Origin: Cyanophora paradoxa CCMP329
Taxonomy: Eukaryota; Plantae; Glaucophyta
Reading direction: 5' to 3'
NCBI GenBank assembly: GCA_004431415.1
Contig: QPMI01000044.1
Span: 372,001-436,000, forward strand
DNA: 64,000 bases
The notes under the pieces are model-generated. The model saw only the letters and a program-made list of their open reading frames with translations. It was not told the origin of the DNA and ran no database searches. This document shows positions 10,554-21,541 of the stretch, one piece after another (positions within the stretch are counted from its first letter, which is position 1; the number at the start of each line of letters is the position of its first letter). Made by a program: the position numbers and the translations under genes.

Positions 10554-13137
10554 ATGGAGGACACAGTGCGTCCAAGTCGCCCCAAGTCGAGGGAGTGGAT
10601 CAGCGATGCGGACGTAGACCGGATTCTGGGCCTCCAGGAGAACTTTAGCCGGCAGCGGCTCAGGCTCGAGACGCCGGGCATAGGCACCAAACGCATTGGT
10701 CCGCTCCCCTCCCACACGCACCGCATGAAGCGCCGTCCATGGGCGCCCTCTGCTGCTGACGCGTGCCCCGCCTGTGCGTCGCAGACCTGCGGCTGCCGAA
10801 GCTCCCGCTGGGTTCCAGCGTCTCGCCCTTCTCGAACATAGCGAACGCGAACTTCGAGCGGGCGCTCGATGCCATCGAGAAGGGCCCCGAGGTGCGCCCC
10901 GGCCCGCCGCCCGCTTCGGCACCCGCCGCGCGCGCTCTCTTTCTCTGATCACGCCGCACGGCGCACGCGCGCCCACCCGCACGCAGCGCTCCAAGCTCCC
11001 CTCCTCGCTGCTGCCGTCGCTGCCGAAGGCGATGCCGGGGCAGGGCCTCTCCTCGCTCCCGCACGGCGTCGCCGCCGACTTCCAGCACAACCTCGATGAG
11101 GTCCTCGCCATCTTCGGTGCGCAATTTGATCGCGTTTTGATCGCGTTTTGATCCGCTGTTCCGCTGTGCTCTGCTTGCCTGCTTCCCGCTGGGGCCGACC
11201 CGCCCGCCCGCTCGCTTCGCAGAGGAGGTCAGGAGAGTGCGGGAGGGGCGGGCCGGCCCGCGCGGCGCCCTCCAGCCCTCGGGCTCGCAGCAGTCCCCGC
11301 CGCGGACGCTGCAGCGGGACGGGCCGGGGACGATGTCGGCGCCGGCGCTGCACGGGCGCGGCTCCCCCATGCCCCGCAGCCTGACGCGCGGTGCGTGCGA
11401 GGCTGCCCCGACCCCGACCCTGGCCCCGGCCCCAGCCCCGGCCCCGTCTACGCTAGATTAGAGCCGCGACCCCCGCGCGCGCCCCCTGACGCCCCGCGCG
11501 CGCAGCGGCCAAGCCGCGCTCGGCGTCGCCGGACCTGCCGGGGGGCGCCGCCTCCCCGATCCCCTTTGCCACGCGCCGCTCGAGCGACGGCGAGTTCGAC
11601 GGCTCGGTGCGCCCCTTCCGAAGTCTAGCTTGAATTGAAGTAGAAGAAGTCTAGCTCGCTGAACCCTAGAACACTAGTCCCTCGGCGACCGTTAGTGATA
11701 AGACGACCGACCGACTCGTACTAGACCGTGGAGATGATAAGGCGACCGACCGACCGCCCCGCCCCGCCCCGACCGCCCCCGCGCCTCGCCGCAGTTCCGG
11801 TACGGCGGGAACGTGACGAAGGCGCTGGAGCGGAAGCTCGCCGAGCTGCGCGCCAACGCCGACGAGCGCATCGCCCTCGAGGAGCGCGTCGGTGCGAACG
11901 AAGCGGCGCGGGCGGGTCGGGGGGGGCGTACCCCCTTCCGCGTGGGTAGGGGAATGGGGAGGGGCGGCGGGAGGCGTTGAGGAGGCTAGACCCGGCGGCC
12001 CCCCGCGCGCCCCGGCTTCCTCCCGCTTCTTTCCCCCGGGGGCTCCCCTGTACCCCACCCCCGCCCCCGCCGCTGACGCGCCTCGCCCCCCCCCCCCCCG
12101 CCCCCCCCCCCCCCCCCCTCCTCCCTTCTCCGCAGAGGAGTACCGGCGGCAGCGGGAGCGGGAGCTGAACTTCAACCCGGCGACGGGCCGCGAGTCGCCC
12201 AACTTCCTCAAGCAGGCGCGCCCTATCTTCTACCCCCCTCCCTCCCCTCTCGCCCTCTTCCCCCCACTCTTCCCCCGGCTAGGCTTTCTTGAACCGCGGC
12301 GGCGCGCACGCCCCGGCCGGTGGGCCCCGCCAGGGCCCGGCGCCTCTCTTAAATGATAGAATCTCTTGAGCTGCGGCGGCCTCCCCCCTCCCTCCCTCCC
12401 TCCCTGTCCGCCCCCCTTCCCCTTCCCTTCTGACGTGGGGTCCCAGGCGCGGCAGACGGCGTCGTTTCTGCCCGAGATCCGCCAGCGCAAGCACGAGCAG
12501 CTCGTGCGCCCCCGGCCCGCGCCCTCTCCGCACTAGAGGGGGCAGAGTGACAGAGGGGCAGAGCGTTAGAGAGAGAGAGAGAGAGATGGAAGAGAGAGAA
12601 CGTGTCGCCCCCGATAAGAAGAGGGAGCAGCGCGCGCCGCCCCCCGCCCTCGCCCTCCCTCACTGTGCGCGGGCGGCCGCGGCAGTCGGCGGCGGAGGCG
12701 GAGAAGATGGCGCGGGCGCGGGAGGCGCGGGCGGAGCGGCAGGCGGAGGAGCTGCGCCGCAAGGCCCAGATCGTCGCCCGCTGGGAGGAGCGCGAGGACC
12801 GCGTGCGCACGAAGCCCCGCCGCCCCCGCGCCCGCCTCGCCCCGGCCTCCGCCTTGCCTCACCGCCTCGCGGGGGGCGGCAGCTGCGGCGGGCGGAGGAG
12901 ATAGCGGCGGAGCGGGCGCACCTCGAGCAGCGCCAGAAGCGCTGGGCCATCGTCCTCGCCCAGGGTCCGACGCGCCCCCGCCCGCCCCCGATAGCCCGCC
13001 CCGTAGTCTCAAAGTTCAGAAGCGCTGGGCCACTCTCTAAATCTAGAGCAAGGTCCGATGTAGATCTAGATCCGCCGCTCCCGCCCGCCGGAGGACCTTG
13101 AGAAGACTGACGAAGACCGCTACGAGGCCTTGAAAAG

Positions 13138-13171
<34 letters not shown>

Positions 13172-15970
13172 AGCTGACGCGGCCCCCCGGGCCCGCCGCA
13201 GTCTCGCGGGTGGTGTGCCTGGGGGCCACCCTCGACGCAGAGCGCCGCCGCCGCGAGGTGCCCCTGTACTCCTGTACCCTGTACTTCGCCCCACCCCCGT
13301 CTCACGCCTTGGGCCAGGCCTTCGCGGCGTACATGCGGGCGATCATCCGGCTGCAGCGGTGGTGGAAGCCCAAGATCGCCCGCCTCCGCATGGTCCGCCC
13401 GGGCCCCGGGCCCCGCGCCCTTGGAGGAACTAGGGCCCCGCGCCGCCCCTCCCGTCTCTAGCGCCGCCCGCCCGCCCGCGCCCTTCTAGGCACGGAGCCG
13501 GGGCTCTTGCCCGGCCCCGCCGCCCCTCCCTCCCCCATTTTCCCCCCTTTCCGGATGGTCCGCCCGGGCCCCGGCCCCCCGCTCACCCTGCGCCCTCGGA
13601 AAAACTTGCGCCGCCCGCCGCCCCTCCCGGCTCTCGCCCCGCCCGCCCGGGACCTTCTAGGCACGGAGCCGGGGCAGAGCCCGGAGCCCGGCCCTGCCGC
13701 GCTGGCCCTCCGGAATCCCTCCTCGCCCCGGCCCGCCCCGCCCCCGCCCTGGCCTCGCCCTCACCCTCCGCCGCGCAGCACAAGCGGGCGCGGGCGCTGG
13801 TCTCCATATCCCACTACTTCGTCCCCTTCCTCCGCCGCTGGCGCGAGCGCCGCCGCAAGTGCGCCGCGTCGGGCCGAGAGGGGCGCGGCTAGGCTAGGCT
13901 AGGCTCGGCTCGGCTAGGCCAGGCCGAGTCGGGAAGGCCGAGTAGCAATCTAGCTAGATTGGCTAGATTCGAGACGCGGAAACTCGCGTCGAGGCGCTGA
14001 GATTCGATCGGGCGCAGGTGGGCTTCGGAGCGGCTGATCAAGCTGATCCGCTGGGGCGCCGAGAAGAACACGATGCTCGTCCTCATGAAGCAGTTCAAGG
14101 CCCGCCGTGCGCGTCCCCCCGCCCGCCCCGCCCTGTACCCTCCCCCCAATCTTTCGCTCGCAGTCGCGCGCTGCGTGATGATCATGTGGAGGCACAACCT
14201 GGTCCGCTCGCTCCCTCCTCGCCCCCTCCCCGTCCCCTCCCCGCCCCCTTCCCGCCCCTTCTCCGCCTCCTCCCCGCCCACGCCCACGCCCACGCCCCCG
14301 CCCGCCTCTTTCTCTTCCCCGCTCCCTCCCCGCCCACGCCCACGCCTTGCCGGCGCCTGCAGATGATCGAGGCGCAAACGTACGGCCTGGCGCGCTACTG
14401 GGACCGCCTGGAGGGCTTCGGGGGCGGCGGGGGCGGCGACGGGCCCGCCACCGCCCGCGGCAAGAAGAAGAAGAAGGGCGGCCTCAAGAAGTGCGCATTC
14501 TCTTTGAGACGCCTGCGTTCCTTAGTAAGAAATCTTTAGAAGCTTTAAGAATCTCCTATCTCGAAGAAGAAGAAGAAAGGCGGTTTCATGAAGTGCGCCG
14601 GGCCGCGGCACCCCTCTTTCATTTAGAAACTCCCTCACCCGCGCTCGCTCTCTCGCCCCGCCCCTCCCTCCCCCTTCTCCCCCCCCCCCCCCGTCGCCCC
14701 GACCTACCCCCCCTCCCCCCCCCCCCTAAGAGCGAGAGAGCCCCCACGCTGGCCCTGACGCGCCCCGCCCGCGGCGCAGGACGAAGGCCGGCCTCGTCAC
14801 CGTCTCCGGCCGCGTCGCCGTACCCGAGTGCGCCCCACCCGTACCCCCCGTTACCCCCCCCCTCCTCCCGCTCCGTCCCGCTCCCCGCCAGCTAGCATCC
14901 CTCTCTCCCCCCCCTTCCCCTCTCCCCACGCCCCGCATTTCCTTCAAGAAGCCCCGTACCCCTCCGTCCATCACCTCAAGCATCGCCGGCGCCGCACCCC
15001 GTCCAGAGATTAACGTACCGCCCCTTTCTTACGACTTACGGGCGGCGTACCCCCAGGCACATCAAGGCGAAGATCCTGCGGCGGGACCTGCGGGAGCGCC
15101 GGCGGGCCTTCCGAAAGGGGCCCCTCGCCGCCTGGGAAAAGGCACGCTACCCCCCCTTCCCTCCCCTCCCCTCCCCCCCACTAATCTATTTTGGGAGCAG
15201 GCCTGCGAGGAGTGGGAGGCGGCGCACCCCGACCTCGTCCGCCCTCTCCCTTCCCTTACCCCCCCTTTGTTTCCTTATTTTCGGCGCAGGCGGCGGCGCT
15301 GAAGGCGCACGCGGCGGCCGTGCGGAGGCTGGAGAAGGGCGAGGAGGCGCCGCCGGCCCCCGAGGTGCCCGAGGGGCAGGAGCCGCCGCGCCGGCCCCGC
15401 TTCCACGTCACGCCCTCCGAGCACGCCATGAAAGAGCTCATCGTGCGCCCGCCCGCTCGAATCCCCCGGATCGAATTCTATATATGTTAGAGCCTGGCCT
15501 TTGATTATCTTCGCATTTTTTAGGATTTTCGTGAAGCCTAGTTCTAGTCTCTCCGAGTCTGCTTCTGCTTCAGCCTTGCTTATCACGTAATCCGCCTCGT
15601 CTTGAGCCTTCCTCTAACCTTCAACCTGCAACCTTCTTCTTAAGCCTTCCTCTTATCATTTAACCCGCCCGCCTTCTGACCGCGGGCCGCCCCCTGCGCA
15701 GGTGATGGGCCGCAACGAGTACCGCATCGAGGCCTCCGTCGCCGCTAACCGCGAGGCCCGCCCCCCCCGCCCCCGCGGCCGACCCCGCGCAGGGCCGCTC
15801 CAGCGCTGCTCTAGATCTCCCTCCGTCCTGATCCAACCCGACCCGACCCTCCCCTCCGTTCGCAGGACGCGAACGACGTGAAGTGGGAGAGCGACTCGGA
15901 CACGAAGAGCGTCCGCTCCGTCCGCTCCGCCCGCTCCGTCAAGAGCACCAAGAGCACCAAGGGCCGCTAG
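10554..15970 (+). CDS. Large multi-exon hypothetical protein with coiled coils and IQ-like motif
   Basis: About 20 short exons linked by GT/GC-AG introns: MEDTVRPSRPKSREW..., KALERKLAELRANADERIALEERV, AEKMARAREARAERQAEELRRK, AIIRLQRWWKPKIARLRM (IQ-like), ending ...SVKSTKSTKGR* at 15970. Confidence 0.6.
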
Positions 15971-16556
15971 GCCCGGCGCCCCGGCGGACATCCTGCCCCC
16001 CACCCCGCCACCCCCCTCCCCGCCCCGCCCCTCCACGGCGCCACGGCCTCTTTCTACCCTCACAGCTCCTGTAAGGCCTATTCGAAAGCGCCAAGTACCA
16101 CGCCAAGAGCGCGAAGAGCGCCAAGGGCCGGTAGCCCCGGCGGACCGGACCCCCTTAATTCCCCTCTTCCCCGCCTCCATCGCCACCCCACATGCTCGGC
16201 GTCACAAATGCGTGCCCGGGAGTCCCTTTTATTTCTCTACCCCCCGCGCACGCCAACTGCATGCACATTCTTCCATTTTCAAAAGCACAGGCGCCAGAAC
16301 CTCGAGCTCCCTGCCTCCAGGCACCAATCCGCCGGCTCTCCATTCCAGCAGCGAGCTCCAGGGGCGCATGAATACACATATACGCAGCGCACGCGTCCTG
16401 CTTGCAACCGGATCCAAGTCGAACGTGCCGGCCGGCAAGCTTTAGGATACATATGCATTTCAATGCACATGTACTACGGTATCATTGCAAGTGCACCTAT
16501 GAAATTTCGTCTTCTAGATCTTTTCAGACTTGTTCCGAAGTTCAGGAGATTGAGCT

Positions 16557-18730
16557 CTATTGGTACGGATACTGCGACCTAAGCAGAACCGGCCATGTCG
16601 ACAGTGGATCCCTCGAGCTCGGTGTCGGGAGTCATCTGCGGGGAAAACAATATATAGGCGATCATGATCATTGCGAGCCTTCGGCGTAGGGCGGATTGAC
16701 AGTTTGCGCGCAAGCGCGAATTCGAAGAGAGCACACCATATCCGCGGCGTCGACGTCCACCTCGTCGTCCATCTCCGCGAAGTCGGCGTCGGCCTCATGA
16801 TCATGATCAGCATCCTCGCGACCGAACTGCGCATGCGGGAAATAGACTCAGAAGCGAATACATATCCAATATTTCTGTGTATGTCTGTATATCGACGAAA
16901 TCGAAGACGCGCACCGCGGCCTCGTCGACCAGTGCAACGGCATCGTCAAGCCGAGCCGTTTTCGAGCCTGCATGGGCATTTCCACGATGATCACGAGTTT
17001 CTCGAGTGTTTTTTCGATATATATTCGAGATTCGCGCTTACATTCGTACTTGGTCGTGGACCCAGGAACTGGATTGCACTCTAGGAAGAGAGTAGCCGAT
17101 GCTCTGGAGGCAAGTAGAGAGACCTCATGTAATTACAATTGCAATGTGAACAGTTCTATAATTAGCCGAATCTGACGCACGCGGCCTTGCCCCAAACTTC
17201 GATCTCGCCGAGGTTCAATATCTGATCGGTCCCTGCCGAATCCGCTCGAGATCAATCATTGAATGCAAGATGGCGAAGTTGAATAGGCGTCGACGTCTCC
17301 GGATAAAACCACAATTGCAATACCGCCCCACGCACCAGCTGACGATGTTTTCGTAATTCGAATGGTGTCCCCTGTCCGTATGCAATTCGGACGAATTCCG
17401 AAATCGAATTTAAATTGTGGGCTTCGAGATCAGTGAACGTCGAAATTAAAGCGCACCGACAGTCCCTGACGACGGAAGCACGTGCTTTGTCAAGTTCGTG
17501 ACAGTGGCATCGTGTGCCGGACTGGCAATCGTGGGAGAGGTGTAGACCTGCATCCGCCAGAGCTCAGCTCGACGGAAATATATATAACGGCCGAAACAGA
17601 GTCCTCGCACCACTTTGCCATCGTTCAAAACCTGTCAGTTCGATGCGAAGTCGACGTAAGCTTATGAGATCAAAAAGCGGAAAGACTCTCGATCGACGGC
17701 GGACGCGAATGCAAATGCGCTTGCCTCGTAAAGGATGTTCTTGAATCGGGTCCCAAGGTTTTCTGCGTTGTCCAAAATTAATCACGATATATAAGAAGAC
17801 CGTCATTCGAATTCCTGCATGCGCACGTACCGTCCGTGCGCTGCGCAAACAAAATGCGGGCAAGCGTCAGCTACACAAACACACAACTCTTAAGCTTCAT
17901 TATTAATTTCAAGAGCGGGCACGTTGTAAACGTCGATTTGTCCGATCAAGTAGTCTTTCTGCGGTGCAAATGAACAGGCCTTATGCCAACGCAGGGAGGA
18001 AAAGGAAGATTTGAAACATGCGCTTACGCCAAGGTTAATGGAGAGGGCAGGCTTGCTGTCGGCGCTTGATGAATGATACCCATTGACTTTGGAGAAGTTC
18101 CCCTCCTTTCCTGTTCCATCTGCGTGCATGCATATGCGTCGCAAGCGGGTCGCATGCGCACTAGTGGCACTGCAACGCATATGGCAAGGTCACTCGCGAA
18201 GATTGATATACATCGCGCGCACCGGTGGCCAGTTTGCTGGAATAGGCAGAGGTATCTGGCGATAGCGGAGGGACACGCGTACGCGTTTGGTCAGAGAAAA
18301 TGTGTATTGGACAGCATTGTCGAAAGGAGCACATTCAGAGGTTGCAGTTGTCGAAGCCCCCAGCGCAACGTTGTCCCAACCAGCGGACCTGCCGTTCCGA
18401 TCGCGGCATATGCATGGTGAGGTAATGATATATATATATAAGATCCGGATCCGGCAACGCGTACTTCATGGCGTCCACGTGGGTTCCCCAAGCGCCGACT
18501 GTTGCAGTAGCCGTCGTCGTCGTCGACGTCGCGAGCGCATTGCATTCCGTTCCCAACGATTGCCCGTTCGATCCTAAGAATCTGTAGGATTTAGCTCCAG
18601 CCGCCGTGCAAGCACTTGACGCTTTGCCATGGTGTATGTCAATTTCAGCAAAATCCGTGATGGATCCGGTGTCCCCATCCAGAACTACGGTCCCCGTGCA
18701 GTCCGTGTTGGCAAAGCAGGAATACTCTGT
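16557..18730 (-). CDS. F-type lectin (fucolectin, F5/8C-fold) domain protein with acidic C-terminal tail; true start not identified
   Basis: Spliced: WDNVALGASTTATS..SSKLAT|DGTGKEGNFSKVNGYHSSSADSKPALSINLG|KDYLIGQIDVYN|RTD|ENLGTRFKNILYE|VLNDGKV|VYTSPTI...DTIRITKT..|TDQILNLGEIEVWA. This matches the NVAL..A.DG..HS..P.L.IDLG..I..I.VYNR.D....R..LNL.EVEV pattern. Tail EDADHDHEADADFAEMDDEVDVDAAD. Confidence 0.75.
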
Positions 18731-19113
18731 GTTGAGCGTAAGGCGTCATGGTCAGCACTGCGCATAAGCATGCGCGGCACGCGATCGCAAAACACGCACT
18801 GCCGCCCATGATGACTCTACGATGACAGCACGCGATTGGTTTCCGACGACGGCAGGGCGCACAAAAGTATCAGCGCTCTCACTTTGAGCTTAAGCTGCTA
18901 AAACCTGGAGAGCACGGTTGCAAGCCTTGAACTTCGGAAGAGCGAACGACGTCGATGTCGACTTCGACTCGGCGAGATGTCGGAGTCGACGCGAGTCCGA
19001 GAGAGACTCGGAGTCTCCGCGGCCGACTACTAGGCTACATAGTAGTACTGGCCCGGCCCGCGGCCCCGCGGCGCCGGCCGCGCGGTCGCGCGGCCGGCCG
19101 GGCGCCCACGCGT

Positions 19114-19380
19114 ACTACCGTCGGGCACTAAATTACTGCGGCGTTAATTAACGCGGTTTCAAAAATGGCCCTCCTATGAGCAATATACCGCGGTACCAAA
19201 TTAATTACCGCGTTTTAAAAAACCTTAAGGCTTGTATGGGGCGGTAGTTCTAGGGGGTACTAAATGTATGGGGCGACTTGGCAGGAGAGAATTACCGCGG
19301 TACCAAAAAACCGCGTTTTAACAAGCTTTTAGCGCGTTAATATGGTACCGCGTTAGCTAGTTAAGTGCCCGCGGTACTTA
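19114..19380. mobile_element. Putative MITE copy 1 (TTACCGCG-motif family)
   Basis: AT-rich, with many (T)TACCGCG/CGCGGTA motifs in both orientations. Ends taccgtcgggcactaa / ttaagtgcccgcggta are imperfect inverted repeats. Colinear with 19964-20232. Confidence 0.55.
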
Positions 19381-19544
19381 ACTGCCCTATAGCTACGGAG
19401 GCCACGGTGCGGCTCAATTAATATATTGCAATTTGAAAGGAGAATGAGGCTAGCCGGCGCCCACTGCCCAAAGAGCCGCGGCTCCTACTAGCATTACAGC
19501 GCTATGTAAAAAAGTCGGAGAGAGAGAGTTGCAAGTCGGAGAGT

Positions 19545-19713
19545 ACACATAAAGAAATACAAATTTAAATCCCTCCGCTTCGCGCTTCGCGCTTCGCTCC
19601 TGGATTTAAATTTGTATTTCTTTATGTGTAAATTAATCGAAAATATTTATTAATCCAGGAGCGAAGCGCGAAGCGCGAAGCGGAGGGATTTAAATTTGTA
19701 TTTCTTTATGTGT
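19545..19713. mobile_element. 169 bp foldback element: 62 bp perfect terminal inverted repeats flanked by 6 bp direct repeat GAGAGT
   Basis: 19545-19606 is the exact reverse complement of 19652-19713. GAGAGT occurs at 19539-19544 and 19714-19719. Confidence 0.75.
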
Positions 19714-19818
19714 GAGAGTCGGCCCGGACTCAGCCGCGGACTCGGCGCGGAGTCTCGAACATAATAATAGTAGCCTTGAAAATTGAACTCGCGGACTCTC
19801 GAGTCTCGAACCCCACAA

Positions 19819-19884
19819 ATGGGTCCGTAAAACACAATCATTTGAATGTTGATGGGTCCGTAAAACACAATCATTTGAATGTTG
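19819..19884. repeat. Tandem duplication of 33 bp unit ATGGGTCCGTAAAACACAATCATTTGAATGTTG
   Basis: Two adjacent identical copies. Confidence 0.9.
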
Positions 19885-19963
19885 AATGCGATGCAAATGG
19901 AGCACCTGTTGCAATTGAGGCCCATTAAAAAAAGGCCCGATTTTAATTGAAGGGGGGTCGGAG

Positions 19964-20232
19964 CATAAATTACCGCGTTATAGAGCAAAATACCGCGGAA
20001 CCAAATTACCGCGTTATGGCAACTTATGGGGGTGGGAATTTTGGGGTGTACTGCATCAGTCTGTATTGGGCGACTTCGCCGCCCGGCTCCGGCGGCTCGG
20101 CGCCGGGCCGGCGCCGGCCCGGCGGAGAGAATTACCGTACCGCGTTACCAAATTACCGCGTTAATGCAAGATTTCGGCGCGGTAATTAATGCAATTTGGT
20201 ACCGCGTTAAATTAAGTGGGCGCGGTATTTAT
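19964..20232. mobile_element. Putative MITE copy 2 (TTACCGCG-motif family)
   Basis: Diverged direct-orientation homolog of 19114-19380. Shared blocks: gagcaa.ataccgcgg.accaaatt, gtat.gggcgactt, ggagagaattaccg, tggtaccgcgtta. Ends cataaattaccgcg / cgcggtatttatg are inverted. Confidence 0.55.
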
Positions 20233-20876
20233 GTGTTCTGCGGCAGAACTATTGCCCACTGTCATGCATAGTACTAGTATATATACCCGGTGACCCCCCG
20301 CGCCGGTACACTTTTTACTACCACTAAGTTTTCAATCATCTTTTAGTAAGGTTTTTTAGTACCCCCGCGCCGGTAGATCTGCCAAGCCTGAAGGAGCTAT
20401 AGCCTATAAGCTATAGCTAGGCGCTGCCGTTCGAATTCAGCTGCGGGACCGTCGGACGTCGACTCAGCAGCGGGAGCCCTCGGAGCCTGGGGCTATCCGG
20501 CGCCCACTGCCTAAAGAGCCGCGGCTACTAGGGATATGAAAAAAATGCCGCAATGTACGAAATGCACAAAAATGCAAAGCGCAAATCACATTGGCGGCCG
20601 AATCAAGCCTGGAAGCAAAATTCAAAAGATCGCGGTCCATTCGTTGATTAAGACTGGAAAGCTGATTCCAAAATAAATCAAAATTCAATTTAGGCATTTT
20701 AGATTGACCAAAAAATACATCAGAACACTCCTCCGCAGCGCTAGCACCTCCGGGCCTCCGGCACCTCCGAGGCTCCGGAGCTCCGCTGCGGCTCCGCAGC
20801 TTGCAATTGGCTGCTCGAAACGGTGACGGCACCTCCTGCTCGAATATCCGCAATCCCCTCTTTTCGATTTTCCTGG

Positions 20877-21399
20877 ACACGTATACTAAGACGAATTTCC
20901 TCGGTTTTTTGTTTTTGGTGAATTACCGGCCACAGTCTCTAGACACCAGCACTGCGGGGGCTGCCCAGGGGGCATAAAGACAAAAAAGCAAAATAACTAA
21001 GACAAGAGCACAAAGAAAGATAAGGCAAAGAGCCAAAATCGACAATAAAAAAGGAAAGACACAGAGCTCGAGACAGATCGATAGGGAGAAGAGACGATAA
21101 ATCGAGCAGATCTAGGGACAGAGGATAACTGACACGAAGAAGAGCCAGAGCTAGAGATACCATCAATATCAGAAGGAATTACATCACTAAGAAGCGGGGG
21201 ACAAAATTGAGAAAGATAAATAACAGGAAGAAGACAAGTAAGAGGAACAACAAGACGACATGGAGGCTTTACGTATACGTACTCTGTTATGTTATATATT
21301 GGACTCGAGCCCCATGACACGTATACTAAGGCGAATTTCCTCGGTACTACGGTACACGTATACGTACTCTGTTATGTTATATATTGGACTCGAGCCCCA
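20877..21399. repeat. Direct repeats: ~30 bp GACACGTATACTAAGnCGAATTTCCTCGGT (20877, 21317) around a purine-rich tract, plus ~44 bp duplicate (21270, 21356)
   Basis: Repeats read directly from the sequence. Confidence 0.75.
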
Positions 21400-21541
21400 T
21401 TCCGCCCCCCCCCAAAAAAACCCCTCGTGCCCCCTAATGATCAGGTACTAGTAGTCAGATAGTGCCCAAGTTAGTTCGTCTGTTCGTCAAGCAGACAAGA
21501 GCGTACGAGGCACAGAAGGTACAGCCAGGGCCGCCCGAGGC

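Noticed and set aside
19114-20232. Repeated TTACCGCG motifs as a CRISPR array
   Set aside because: Motifs are short, irregularly spaced and in both orientations; no cas genes; eukaryotic context.
20464-20880. 138-aa ORF as a transposase remnant
   Set aside because: No recognisable DDE, RT or integrase motif.
19025-21457. gactactag / ctagtagtc as TIRs of one composite transposon spanning the repeat island
   Set aside because: Only a 9 bp match and no target-site duplication.
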